From the NCBI GenBank assembly GCA_033812795.1, contig JAPXSY010000004.1, forward strand, positions 20,768 through 84,767: DNA of 64,000 bases, read 5' to 3'. This document shows, piece after piece, positions 1 through 9,059 of the stretch (position 1 is the stretch's first letter; each line of letters starts with the position of its first letter). A program made the position numbers and the translations under genes. Source of the DNA: Kiritimatiellia bacterium. GTDB taxonomy: Bacteria; Verrucomicrobiota; Kiritimatiellia; RFP12; UBA1067. Below the pieces are notes generated by a model that had not been told where the DNA came from, searched no databases, and saw nothing but the letters and a program-made list of their open reading frames with translations.

Positions 1-2
1 TC

Positions 3-1184
3 GAGCCGTGGTTCGCCGCATACAACCCCGGCCACAAGAAGGGGTTCGCATTTCTTTTCGACTTCAACACGCTTTGCGCCGCGTTCGGCGCGAACGACAT
101 GATGACGCGGGGCGTGCTCTTTGATGGCGGCATGCTGCCGCCCGGCAAGAAGGTCACCGTAACAACCGTCGTGCGCGAACTCTCGGGACTACCGTCCCTT
201 GCCACGGTGAATGACCGGTTCGCCGCCGGATTCTCGGGGCCGGAAACCTCTCCGTCGCTGAGTGTCCTCGCTTTCGAGGATCTGTCTCTCGACGGCACGG
301 CCACACAGACGGACGTAAACGGAAAAATCCTCGGTTCCGCAGTTGTGAAGGCGGACGTGAAAGCCGGACGGGTCGCGAACGTCTGCGTGATCAAGAGCGA
401 CAAGCCCGAAACGCAGTCCGTCCTCTCCGCAGACCTGAACGGCATAAAGTTCGAGTTTTTCCGTGAGAACGGTTTCAGGATGGCGTCTCTCCCGATGGTG
501 CCAGCCGTTTGGACGCATCACCGGCCGATGCCGGTTAAGAAACTCGAAGTTCCCATCGCAGTGAAACAAACCGCGAAGAACAAGGCGCTCCTCCTGTTCG
601 GCTTCTATGCGAACTTCTTTCGTTTTCCGGAGATGTTTCCCGAATTCGAATTTACGATCCTTTCCGCAACCCCGCAAGGCATTATGAACAGTCCTCCGTA
701 TTCGACGATTGGCGAGTACAAATATATTTTCATGGGCGATGTGAATGAGGAAAGCGTGCGTCCGATCATGACGCGTCTTGCAGCGTATGTCAATAGCGGC
801 GGGACACTCGTTCTGGGCGGCGGTCCCTTCGCGTACGGCTGCGGTGGATACACGGGAACGTTTCTCGAAGAAATGCTGCCCGTGAAGACGCGGCCCTTCG
901 ACTGTCTTCCGGCGTGTGTCTCGGACAAGGATGGCCGTACCGCAGTCGCTTTCGACACGGGAGATGCGAAGGTCTTCTGGATCCATCGGGATGAGGTGAA
1001 ACCCGGAGCGGAGGTCCTCCTCAAAACCGTTGCCGGCGATCCGCTTCTTGTGAAGGGCAGGTACGGGGAAGGGACGGTCTACGCGTTCCTCGGTGCGCCG
1101 ATTGGTGACGCGGCCCGCGACGCGAAAGCCTTTTGGAATGACAACCCAAGCTATCTTGAAACGTTGAAGGGACTCCTCAAATGA
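3..1184 (+). CDS. hypothetical protein, 5' end outside window; C-terminal DUF1355-like (GATase1-like) region
   Basis: Frame is open from nt 3 (EPWFAAYNPGHKKGF...) into listed ORF 99..1184, so the gene probably starts upstream of the window. C-terminal YKYIFMGDVNEESVRPIMTRLAAYVNSGGTLVLGGGPFAYGCGGYTGTFLEEMLPV resembles the putative glutamine-amidotransferase-like DUF1355 motif. Stop overlaps next start (ATGA at 1181-1184). Confidence 0.6.
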   Translation, partial: EPWFAAYNPGHKKGFAFLFDFNTLCAAFGANDMMTRGVLFDGGMLPPGKKVTVTTVVRELSGLPSLATVNDRFAAGFSGPETSPSLSVLAFEDLSLDGTATQTDVNGKILGSAVVKADVKAGRVANVCVIKSDKPETQSVLSADLNGIKFEFFRENGFRMASLPMVPAVWTHHRPMPVKKLEVPIAVKQTAKNKALLLFGFYANFFRFPEMFPEFEFTILSATPQGIMNSPPYSTIGEYKYIFMGDVNEESVRPIMTRLAAYVNSGGTLVLGGGPFAYGCGGYTGTFLEEMLPVKTRPFDCLPACVSDKDGRTAVAFDTGDAKVFWIHRDEVKPGAEVLLKTVAGDPLLVKGRYGEGTVYAFLGAPIGDAARDAKAFWNDNPSYLETLKGLLK

Positions 1185-3064
1185 TACCTCTCGTTGCTCT
1201 GCTCGCGGCGATCACGCCGCTCAGGATTATCCCGAACAAGATTGTCTATCCGGTTAACGAGTCCGGATTGATGACTGTCGTGTTGACAAACAAGGCGTCG
1301 GATCAAGCCACCTCGACCGTGAAAGTTGAAGAAATCTGGGGGATTGAAGGTGCTTCCCGCTGCATTCATGAGGCCGGAATATCCTTGGCCGGCCATGAGG
1401 GAAGGACGCTGAAAATTCCCTGGCCGGGGAGCCGGGAAAGGTACGGGCGCGAAATACGCGTGACGACCATTGTGGATGGGAACCCGACCGGGTCGCGCTC
1501 GGAATATTTCAATGTCATCGACGAGTGGTGGCGCGTGAACCAGGGGTGCGGGCTCAGTACGGCGCGCGGGGTGGTCACACCGGGCCTGAAGCACATGCTC
1601 GACCACTACGGTTACGGGACAAACGATTGGCATGACTGCGCAGGGCAGATGACGCATGTGGCGTGGGAACGCAACATGCCCGGCATGGGGCCGTTCATGG
1701 GGTATCACACGATGGAGACACGCTGGCAGATGCAGAAATCGTCTGTCGGCGGAAACTTCATCACGACAACGTATCCCGACGATATGAAATGGATCACGCC
1801 GAACGGTAGCGCCCCGCGATGGACCGGAAAGATCCGGAAGGACACGCGCATCTCGCATGACTGGGGATTCCATCATACCCGTTTCACAATCTACTTTATG
1901 GAGGGTCCATACGGCTTCGAACTCGCGCGTCAGAACCCAGAGTATATGTTGCGTAACGCGCGCGGACAGTACGAGGGGCGGTATATGGATGTGAACACCG
2001 ATCCGGTGAAGATTTCCGTGCAGGACAATCCGCAGCACTATCCCTGGACCTACGTCGAGCCGAATTTTTTCCGCGAAGACGCCTTCGACTGGGCGATTGA
2101 CGACCTCGTGACATGCGTCACGGCACTTGAAGAGGATGGCGTCTATTTCGACGGGCGTTACATGAAGAAACAGGGATACGACGCTTTCGGGAACAATCTG
2201 CAGAAAGTCTATGACCGGGACCTGTGTGTCGCGCGCAACATGGAAAAGACGAAGGCGAAGATCTTCGACGCGAATCCAAACGCCTACATCTGGTCCAACG
2301 GAGGCAGTGCGGCGGATCCCGAACTTGTGATCGCGAGTCATCCTCAGAGCGGGCTTCTAAATGAAATTCAGTGGCCGTTTCTCCTCAATCCGTCGCGTTC
2401 GGATCATTCGTACCGCGGTTTTCTGGAGTCGCTGCTGAAAACCCGTAATGCGACATGGTTCGGCGGCAAGTACGTGAAGACGCCATCGAAAATCATGCAT
2501 TGCGGCTATCTCGCGACCCGGTGGGATGCGAAGTTCATCTTGGAGCACCGAGAGAGTTTCGTGATGGCGCGGCATGTGATGTCCATAATCGCATCCGTCT
2601 GCGCGCATCCGTTTGCCAGCAGTGTCGTTTTCCGTCCTTTCAAGCAGATGATGACGCGTTACTCCGAGTTCTTCTGGCACGAGGATATGAACATCATGAA
2701 AGACGGTTACAAGAAGTTTGCAGCCGATTCTCTGCGCGAAATTTGGTACGATGATCTGATCTACATCAGAGAAACACCAAATTTCACCCAGTATCTGATT
2801 CATCTCGTGAATGCTCCCGAACAGGAGTTTTGCGATGATACGGTCATCGAAGAACCGCCCGAAGCCGATGATGTGGAAGTCTCGACGAAACTTTTCGCCC
2901 CCGGCGGAGTCAAAGCCTGGACGATTAAGCCTCACGGTTTTCTGTCCGACGTCTACGAACCCTCATGCATCGCCGTGACACCGAAGGAGGTGAAGGGCGA
3001 GACCGTTTTCGTGGTGCCGCCATTCAGGTATTACACGCTTCTCGTAATCAGGAAGTACAAGTAA
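1181..3064 (+). CDS. hypothetical protein (627 aa), N-terminal hydrophobic signal-like segment
   Basis: Long ORF translationally coupled to the upstream gene (ATGA overlap). N-terminus is MIPLVALLAAITPLRIIPNKIVYPVNES. No family recognised by eye. A truncated paralogous N-terminus lies at 3528. Confidence 0.7.
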   Translation: MIPLVALLAAITPLRIIPNKIVYPVNESGLMTVVLTNKASDQATSTVKVEEIWGIEGASRCIHEAGISLAGHEGRTLKIPWPGSRERYGREIRVTTIVDGNPTGSRSEYFNVIDEWWRVNQGCGLSTARGVVTPGLKHMLDHYGYGTNDWHDCAGQMTHVAWERNMPGMGPFMGYHTMETRWQMQKSSVGGNFITTTYPDDMKWITPNGSAPRWTGKIRKDTRISHDWGFHHTRFTIYFMEGPYGFELARQNPEYMLRNARGQYEGRYMDVNTDPVKISVQDNPQHYPWTYVEPNFFREDAFDWAIDDLVTCVTALEEDGVYFDGRYMKKQGYDAFGNNLQKVYDRDLCVARNMEKTKAKIFDANPNAYIWSNGGSAADPELVIASHPQSGLLNEIQWPFLLNPSRSDHSYRGFLESLLKTRNATWFGGKYVKTPSKIMHCGYLATRWDAKFILEHRESFVMARHVMSIIASVCAHPFASSVVFRPFKQMMTRYSEFFWHEDMNIMKDGYKKFAADSLREIWYDDLIYIRETPNFTQYLIHLVNAPEQEFCDDTVIEEPPEADDVEVSTKLFAPGGVKAWTIKPHGFLSDVYEPSCIAVTPKEVKGETVFVVPPFRYYTLLVIRKYK

Positions 3065-3497
3065 ACCTAAAAAGAGCAGTTGAACCTTCAACTCTCTTGG
3101 GTTTCATGGTTTCTGGGTTTCATGGTTTCATGGTTTCATCCAAATCGGGGTCGGGATCGCTATCGGTATCGGTATCGGTATCGGTATCGGGATCGGGAAC
3201 GTCGACCCGCGACCCGCGACATTCGACCCGCGACGATCGACAGGGACGCCCGCGTTTCCGGCACCGCAGGTCGCTCGTCGCGGGTCGACATATAAGGTCT
3301 GACGGGAGAAGCGGGCGTCCCTACCGGTTGGCGGACGCCTTAGTCCCGCATACGCACCGGTCTCCAAAACTCAGTCGATTGCGCTTGCGACGAAGGGCTG
3401 GGACGAAGAGTTCAAAAAGAGCGTCGGGCGCACCGCAAAACCCAATGTTTACGGGGCTTTGCTAGAATTCTACCCGTTCAACTGCTCCTTTTAGGGT
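3064..3497. repeat. inverted-repeat-flanked non-coding mosaic element built from tandem short words
   Basis: Terminal inverted repeats ACCTAAAAAGAGCAGTTGAAC (3065-3085) and GTTCAACTGCTCCTTTTAGGGT (3476-3497) have one mismatch and one extra G. Internal tandem words are GGTTTCAT-like (about 3099-3139), GGTATC/GGGATC (about 3146-3197) and CGACCCGCGA-like (about 3203-3236). 3064-3105 is 42/42 identical to 23026-23067, and 3211-3234 is a perfect inverted copy of 19770-19793. Confidence 0.8.
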
Positions 3498-3527
3498 AAA
3501 TGCCGGGGGAGTGGAGAAAAGATCGAA

Positions 3528-3773
3528 ATGAGTACGCGCCGCGTCATCCACGCGGCGATCACACTGCTCCGCATCGTTCCGGACAAAATCGTCTGGGTTA
3601 CCGAAAATTCGACACCTCAACGTCAACGGTCAGCGATTCGGATATACACCTTTTGGAGTATATTTTTCGATTTGACTCATTTCGTCCCCGGCGCACATAA
3701 TAAGTGCCAATCATGGGAATCGGTATCTTTTGGGCCACTACCCTATGGGAGGATAGTGGTTTTCTTTTTTTAA
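3528..3773 (+). pseudogene. truncated N-terminal fragment of a paralog of the 1181..3064 gene
   Basis: Translation AAITLLRIVPDKIVWVTENS matches AAITPLRIIPNKIVYPVNES at the start of the 1181 ORF, and the nucleotide run GCGGCGATCAC is shared. Similarity is lost after about 40 codons, and the rest of the 81-aa ORF is low-GC and Phe-rich. It ends directly at the tRNA. Confidence 0.45.
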
Positions 3774-3850
3774 TGGTGGGCGCTACAAGATTCGAACTTG
3801 TGACTTCTACCGTGTGAAAGTAGCGCTCTAACCAACTGAGCTAAGCGCCC
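3774..3850 (-). tRNA. tRNA-Val (anticodon CAC), CCA encoded
   Basis: The reverse complement folds as a 77-nt cloverleaf: GGGCGCT acceptor, GCTC/GAGC D stem, CTACT-TTCACAC-GGTAG anticodon arm (anticodon CAC), ACAAG-TTCGAAT-CTTGT T arm, then AGCGCCC-A-CCA. Confidence 0.93.
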
Positions 3851-3989
3851 CCGTTTGCTGAAATCAGGCGTATGTATAGCATGACGGACGCCCGCGTGTC
3901 AAGGCGCCTGCAGAAAAAAAACGGGATGTCAGAATGTCAGGAAACAAGTCGTGTCGAGGTGTCCGATTCTGAAACAGTGAAAGGGAACG

Positions 3990-4700
3990 ATGACTGCAAA
4001 TGGAGAACAGAAAAAGAAAAGCGGCGGCACCAGCCGGAACCGGAAACGAATTCTGGTTGTGGACGACCATCCTCTGATGCGGAAGGGGATCGCCGCCCTG
4101 ATCGGCACGGTTCCGGATTTGGTGTTATGCGGTCAGGCAGGGAGCGGGGAGGAAACGCTGGCCTTGATGAAAAAGGCGCGGCCGGATCTGATTCTGCTGG
4201 ATCTCTCCCTGTCCGGATGCAACGGCATTCAACTGCTCAAAACCCTGCGGGAAAAATATCCCGCGATCCGTGTGCTGGTCTTCTCCATGTACGAGGAGGG
4301 GATCTACGCCGAGCGGGTGTTGCGCGCCGGAGCGGACGGCTACATCATGAAAAAAGAGTCGGGCACCCGGATCATGGAGGCGATCCGGTGTGTGTTGCAG
4401 GGGGAAATATATGTGAGTACTCCGGTGGCGTTACAACTGGTCAAACAGTTCTTGAAGGGCAGGCAGGCCAGCAAAACGATCGATGTCGATCGGCTGAGCA
4501 ACCGTGAGCTTCAGGTCTACACCTATTTGGGCAACGGATTCTCGTCGAGGGAGATCGCGGACCGGTTGCAGTTGAGCAGTAAAACCGTCCACACCCACCG
4601 CGAACACATTAAACGCAAACTCGGTTTGCGCAATGCCAGCGATCTCGTGCATCACGCCACGAGTTGGGTCCAGTCGCAATCAAGTCCGGTGACGCTTTGA
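3990..4700 (+). CDS. NarL/FixJ-family response regulator (REC + LuxR-type HTH), no kinase adjacent
   Basis: RILVVDDHPLMRKGI...DLILLDLSLSGCNG receiver motifs. C-terminal LSNRELQVYTYLGNGFSSREIADRLQLSSKTVHTHREHIKRKLG is a LuxR HTH. Confidence 0.9.
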   Translation: MTANGEQKKKSGGTSRNRKRILVVDDHPLMRKGIAALIGTVPDLVLCGQAGSGEETLALMKKARPDLILLDLSLSGCNGIQLLKTLREKYPAIRVLVFSMYEEGIYAERVLRAGADGYIMKKESGTRIMEAIRCVLQGEIYVSTPVALQLVKQFLKGRQASKTIDVDRLSNRELQVYTYLGNGFSSREIADRLQLSSKTVHTHREHIKRKLGLRNASDLVHHATSWVQSQSSPVTL

Positions 4701-4707
4701 AGCATGT

Positions 4708-5616
4708 TCAGGTCCGGTGTCCTGACGCGATCCACGGGGGCGTATCGGGCAACAGCGCCTCGAACGCCTCGATTAGCCCCTGTTCGTACGGTCCGGCGTA
4801 GGTGCCGTCCAAAAAGCGGGCATACGATTCATCGCAGAACCGCTCCCACGCGCGTTCCTCGTCACCCGGATTGATCGGGTAAAAGAGTACGCCGGCCCGG
4901 CGGGCCGCAGCGAGGTCGCCCTGCGCATCGCCGATCAACAAGACACGGCGCATATCGTATTTGTTGTCGGCGGCCAAGCGCAGATGCTGGTCTTTCGATC
5001 CCAGTTCTTGGCCTGCGATGAAATCCACGTAGCCGTCGATCGCGTGTTGACGCCACTCTTTGACCAGCGCCTCCTCTGGAGTTTGTGAAACCACGATGGC
5101 GTCACTGGATGCCCGGATCAGTTCCAGCGCTTTCACGGCCCAGCGGAATGGCGGCACCGGGCGCATATTGGCAGCGATTTCCGCGTTGATCGCCAAGCTC
5201 CACTCTAAGATGCGGCGCAGGGCAGGGTCGCCCGTACGGTCGACTTCCTGTTGCAGCGAGGGGTTGCCGAGCGGCAAACCGGAGTTGACATAGGCGCGCA
5301 GGGCCGTCGTCTCCGGCAGTGTCACCCCGCATTCGCTGATTCCCGGGTAGTCGGACAGCAGCTCAAAGACCCGCAACAGCGCGGGGAAGCGGTTGCTGCC
5401 GCGGGTTTTTGAGTGCAGGTTGACGAACTCCGCGCAGGCGCGGAGTTGCTCTTCGCAATCTTGCAGGTTCCAGAAGCGGATGATCAACGGATGGAAGTGA
5501 TCGCACTGCTTGACCCGCATGGTGTCGAACACGCAGCCGTCGGAATCGATTCCGACAAGCGAATCGTGGCGGGCCATAAGCTGTTTGAGAGCATCAAGCG
5601 TGAAAATGCGTTGCAT
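4708..5616 (-). CDS. HAD-superfamily hydrolase
   Basis: DxD motif VGIDSDGCVFDT near the N-terminus and LLIGDAQGDLAAARRAG (motif IV-like). 302-aa ORF. Confidence 0.7.
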   Translation of the reverse strand: MQRIFTLDALKQLMARHDSLVGIDSDGCVFDTMRVKQCDHFHPLIIRFWNLQDCEEQLRACAEFVNLHSKTRGSNRFPALLRVFELLSDYPGISECGVTLPETTALRAYVNSGLPLGNPSLQQEVDRTGDPALRRILEWSLAINAEIAANMRPVPPFRWAVKALELIRASSDAIVVSQTPEEALVKEWRQHAIDGYVDFIAGQELGSKDQHLRLAADNKYDMRRVLLIGDAQGDLAAARRAGVLFYPINPGDEERAWERFCDESYARFLDGTYAGPYEQGLIEAFEALLPDTPPWIASGHRT

Positions 5617-5624
5617 GGTTTATG

Positions 5625-5688
5625 AGTGCATTAGTTCATTAGTGCATTAGTGCGTTAGTGCGTTAGTGCGTTAGTGCGTTAGTGCATT
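5625..5688. repeat. tandem octamer array AGTGCRTT x8
   Basis: Eight contiguous 8-nt units (agtgcatt, agttcatt, agtgcatt, agtgcgtt x4, agtgcatt) begin 9 nt upstream of the HAD gene start codon. The same word recurs at 19719-19758. Confidence 0.9.
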
Positions 5689-6056
5689 ACAACCTCACAG
5701 CCTTACTCACGGTAGGGACGGTTCGCCGAGCCGTCCGCAGACCATAACTATTCATTATTCGTTATTCACTTGCTATCGCTCCCGATAGCGATTCCGATAA
5801 TTCCTTGCCTATAAATTGACAGGATGACAGGATTTTCAGGATTGAACAACATCATGTTAATCATGGATTTCTTCCCGCCGAAGCGAAGCTGTCGGAAATC
5901 ATGTCCTAAACTTACTTCCAAGGTTTTTTCGCGGCAGAGCCGCGCGGCGGGCTAATTCCTGACTCAGCGCGTAGCACAGCAGGCTCGTCCCTTAATCGGA
6001 ACCGAAATCGGGACCGGTGTCGAGCCCCCCGTCCACGTTTCCGTGTAAGGACAACG

Positions 6057-6524
6057 TTAAACGTTGATCTGCAGCACGGCGATCAGGGAGAACACCATGG
6101 TGAAAATCGCCACGGTCTCGATGATGCCCAGCACGCCGAAATAGTTTGTCAATCCCTGTCCGGTCTCGGCCTGCGCGTCACACGCGGCAGCGGCGGCACG
6201 GCCCTGGAACAGTGCCGAGACGCCGATGCCCAGTCCTGCGAAAACGCCGAGGAGCAACAGCGGCAGACCGGCGGCGGCTTTGCCGAACATGATGAACATC
6301 AGGATCATGCCGTACAGTGTCTGAGTGATCGGCGCACCGACCAGCCCGAGCAGGATAAAGGGGGCCGGCTTGTTCTGCGCATAGCACTTTTTCCATGCGC
6401 CCACGGCGGCGATAGCAGCGTAGCCGGTGCCGAAGGACGAGCCGATTGCGCTCAATCCCAGACAGACGACGGCTCCTGCCACGCCTATAGCCTGATTCAT
6501 GTTTGCGACTGTTTCTGGATTCAT
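6057..6524 (-). CDS. atpK: V-type ATPase proteolipid subunit K
   Basis: 155 aa, four hydrophobic helices, Gly/Ala-rich, conserved carboxylate in GIIETVAIF. Last gene of the V-ATPase operon. GGAG lies 8 nt upstream of the ATG. Confidence 0.9.
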   Translation of the reverse strand: MNPETVANMNQAIGVAGAVVCLGLSAIGSSFGTGYAAIAAVGAWKKCYAQNKPAPFILLGLVGAPITQTLYGMILMFIMFGKAAAGLPLLLLGVFAGLGIGVSALFQGRAAAAACDAQAETGQGLTNYFGVLGIIETVAIFTMVFSLIAVLQINV

Positions 6525-6612
6525 TTTTTTCTCCGTTTGGTTTGAGGTTGTAAGGTTTTAAGACTGTGAGGGGGAAGGCTATAAGACCTGACAGCCTCAT
6601 AGCCTTAACTCC

Positions 6613-8448
6613 TTACAGCCTTTTGAACGGCTTGAAGGCATAGCCGGACCAGGTGATGCCTTTGTGGTTTGAGAACTCAAGGGTGTTGAGTCGGACAGCA
6701 TGCACCAAGATGCTGAGACCCGCCATCGCGAGGTTTAGCACATGGCCGGCAAGCAGGATCAGGATCATCGGCACAATTTTTGCCCACAGCGGTAATCCCA
6801 GGTTGACCGCCATGCTATTGAAGTTTTGCGCGACTTTGACCGAAGCCAGCCCCACGGCGAAAAGACGCACGTACGAGATGATGTCCCCGAGCGCACTCAC
6901 GATATTGAGCGGCAACATGCCGAGTTGAATGCCGTCGGTTTTCAGTTCATTACGCTTTAGCGTGAAGAGGAAAATCAAGGCTAGGGAGATACAAAAGACC
7001 GGATAAATCACGCGCGGGGCGGGAAAGATTCCGATGATCTGGCAGGTTATGCAGTACATGAACACGATCACACCGATCCAACCGACTTCCGCCAAGAACT
7101 TGGTGTCAGGGAAGAGGGCGGCGGCATTCCACGCGCGCGCCACAGAGAGGTGCACGACGCCTAAGGTGAAGCAGACCAGCATCGTGTTGTTGAGTCCGTT
7201 TTGCGGATCGCCGAGCCAAGCGCTGACCGGATTGGATAATATCGCAGGGGATGTTCCAAACCAAGTGTTGGACAAAAATCCCCAGACTATGGTGGCGCAC
7301 GCGAAGACGAACATCAAAATAAATGGGGAACGCGGCGCTTCCGGCAATTTTTTCCTGGCCCACAAGGTCAAGGCCATAATAATGGCGCCATAACCGCCGT
7401 CGCCGACCAGCATGGCGAAGAAAATGCTGAAGAAACAGAAGAAGGGAACGCTGATATCCGCTTCGTTATAGGCTGGCGAGATGTCGAGCCCCTTGAAGAG
7501 CGCGAGCACAGGCCGGAAGAGTCGCGGCGGGCGCAACAGGGTGGGGGGGGTGTCGTCCGGTCCGGGGTCGCGCAACAGCAGCCCCCACATATGTTTTACC
7601 GCATGTTCGCGCAGGGTCTGCTCCTGCTCCGCAGGCATCCAGCCGGTGATCCACGCCACATGCCCCTGCGCTTCCATAGCCTCGGCTGCGGCCGCGAACT
7701 CGCAGGCTTCGTAAAGGCGTTTGATATCCTGCCGGACTTCAGCAAGTTTTGGTTTTGCGGATGCAAGCAATGCGCCGATGGCATCCGCACGCTCGGCAAG
7801 CGCGGCACGGCAAGCGAGCAGTTCGGAGAGCGGCACTTCCGGCAATGCGATTTCTTCGCATGTCTTCGGCCATTCTCCGTCGCCGATCATGACGCCGTAG
7901 GTTGAGGTGCGGTCAGCGCTTAGTATGTGAACCGAACACGTTTCGGATGACGCAGGGGCGGGCTGTCCGGAAAGGCAACTAAACAGGCGGACTTGAATAC
8001 CCTGCGCGGCCAGTTGCTGCGGGAGCGTGACATCAAATTCGCCGAAGTGCTGGTAGAGGTTGATCTTGGTGTCTAGGCGCGCCACCTCATTGACCAGCGT
8101 TTGCCGGGTGTCGGCCAGCGAATTGACGGTTTTGACGATATCTGCAGCATGACCTTCAATCTTTTCAGGGAGAGCGGTTTCCATGAGGTCCGCCAGCATT
8201 TTGCGGTTATCGCTTGCGGCGTAGTGTCCGCCGGTAACAGGCGTTACGGGCAAGCCTTTGGCGGCATTCTGGATATAGCGCAATGCCTGTCGGGCGGCCT
8301 CGAACGTATTGTGCGCCGCACGGAAATCGGCGGATTCGGCGGACTTCAGCGTCACATGCATGCCGCCGAAATCGCGCAGACTTTCCAGTGCTTCATCGCG
8401 TTCCGCTGCCACGCAAAGCAGGGTCACATGTTTCATCGGCACGATCAA
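6613..8448 (-). CDS. atpI: V-type ATPase subunit I (a-subunit, stator/proton channel)
   Basis: 611 aa with a soluble N-terminal half followed by multiple TM helices, positioned between D and K. Stop overlaps the D gene region (8445-8448). Confidence 0.88.
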   Translation of the reverse strand: MIVPMKHVTLLCVAAERDEALESLRDFGGMHVTLKSAESADFRAAHNTFEAARQALRYIQNAAKGLPVTPVTGGHYAASDNRKMLADLMETALPEKIEGHAADIVKTVNSLADTRQTLVNEVARLDTKINLYQHFGEFDVTLPQQLAAQGIQVRLFSCLSGQPAPASSETCSVHILSADRTSTYGVMIGDGEWPKTCEEIALPEVPLSELLACRAALAERADAIGALLASAKPKLAEVRQDIKRLYEACEFAAAAEAMEAQGHVAWITGWMPAEQEQTLREHAVKHMWGLLLRDPGPDDTPPTLLRPPRLFRPVLALFKGLDISPAYNEADISVPFFCFFSIFFAMLVGDGGYGAIIMALTLWARKKLPEAPRSPFILMFVFACATIVWGFLSNTWFGTSPAILSNPVSAWLGDPQNGLNNTMLVCFTLGVVHLSVARAWNAAALFPDTKFLAEVGWIGVIVFMYCITCQIIGIFPAPRVIYPVFCISLALIFLFTLKRNELKTDGIQLGMLPLNIVSALGDIISYVRLFAVGLASVKVAQNFNSMAVNLGLPLWAKIVPMILILLAGHVLNLAMAGLSILVHAVRLNTLEFSNHKGITWSGYAFKPFKRL

Positions 8449-9059
8449 GCCGCTTCCTCCTTGTCAGCTTTGGCGCTACGGCCTTTGGCGATCTTGCCGC
8501 GGGTTACGGATGCGGTCTGCTCATCGCCGATTGCGATCTTGATGATCCGGATGTTCTCTTTGCACTCCGGAATCTTGACTTTCTCGAAGAGGTTCACGCG
8601 CTGTGAGGTGGTGTTGAGTTCTTCCACGATCAGCTTGCGCTGTTCTTTGAGCACGGCGCGTTCGGCCTTCAACTCCCAAATTCCCTTAATCGCTTTGATC
8701 GCGTCATCATACCAGGCTGGCGTGGCAAACAAATCCATTTCGCCAACCTTCACGTCAATGCCTTCATACACCGGTATCATGATTCCCGCGATGTTGCTGG
8801 CACCGGTGCGGATGCTCTGAAAGACCAGCAGCTCCCGCAACGGCGCGATGTCGGCGGCGAACAGCTTAATCCAGCCGGTAAGAGCCTTTTTGGCTGTGTC
8901 CTCGCGCTGCTCCACATCGGCGATGCGCGTGTCGACCGAGGCGATCTCCGCCTGCAACTGCTGCTTCTTGAGCTGCAGCATCGGCAGAAAACGCTGGAAG
9001 CGCTTGAGCGCGTCGTTCTGCGCCTTCAGTTCAGTCTTGGTGTATTTGATTTTGGCCAT
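8445..9059 (-). CDS. atpD: V-type ATPase subunit D
   Basis: MAKIKYTKTELKAQNDALKRFQRFLPMLQLKKQQLQ is a typical subunit D coiled-coil N-terminus. 204 aa, follows subunit B. Confidence 0.9.
   Translation of the reverse strand: MAKIKYTKTELKAQNDALKRFQRFLPMLQLKKQQLQAEIASVDTRIADVEQREDTAKKALTGWIKLFAADIAPLRELLVFQSIRTGASNIAGIMIPVYEGIDVKVGEMDLFATPAWYDDAIKAIKGIWELKAERAVLKEQRKLIVEELNTTSQRVNLFEKVKIPECKENIRIIKIAIGDEQTASVTRGKIAKGRSAKADKEEAA

Noticed and set aside
2965-3465. ORFs crossing the repeat regions (2965..3465, 3080..3295, 22918..23289, 23042..23305, 34019..34594)
   Set aside because: Their translations are periodic low-complexity strings (GFMVSGFHGFMVS, SGSGSLSVSVSVS, RDRYRYRYRYR) generated by tandem DNA words. 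They have no start context or coding signature.
1-3850. Genomic island integrated at tRNA-Val
   Set aside because: There is a gene remnant and an IR element next to the tRNA. There is no integrase, no duplicated tRNA 3' end that I could find by eye, and no clear compositional break beyond the short low-GC stretch at 3600-3990. Evidence is insufficient.
5625-5688. Tandem arrays considered as CRISPR arrays
   Set aside because: Units are 6-9 nt and directly contiguous with no unique spacers, and no cas genes are in the window. CRISPR repeats are 23-50 nt separated by spacers.
5922-5950. Hairpin CGCGGC-AGA-GCCGCG next to a T-run as terminator of the V-ATPase operon
   Set aside because: On the minus-strand transcript the hairpin is followed by an A-run, not a U-run. 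On the plus strand the T-run precedes the stem. The orientation fits neither operon end.
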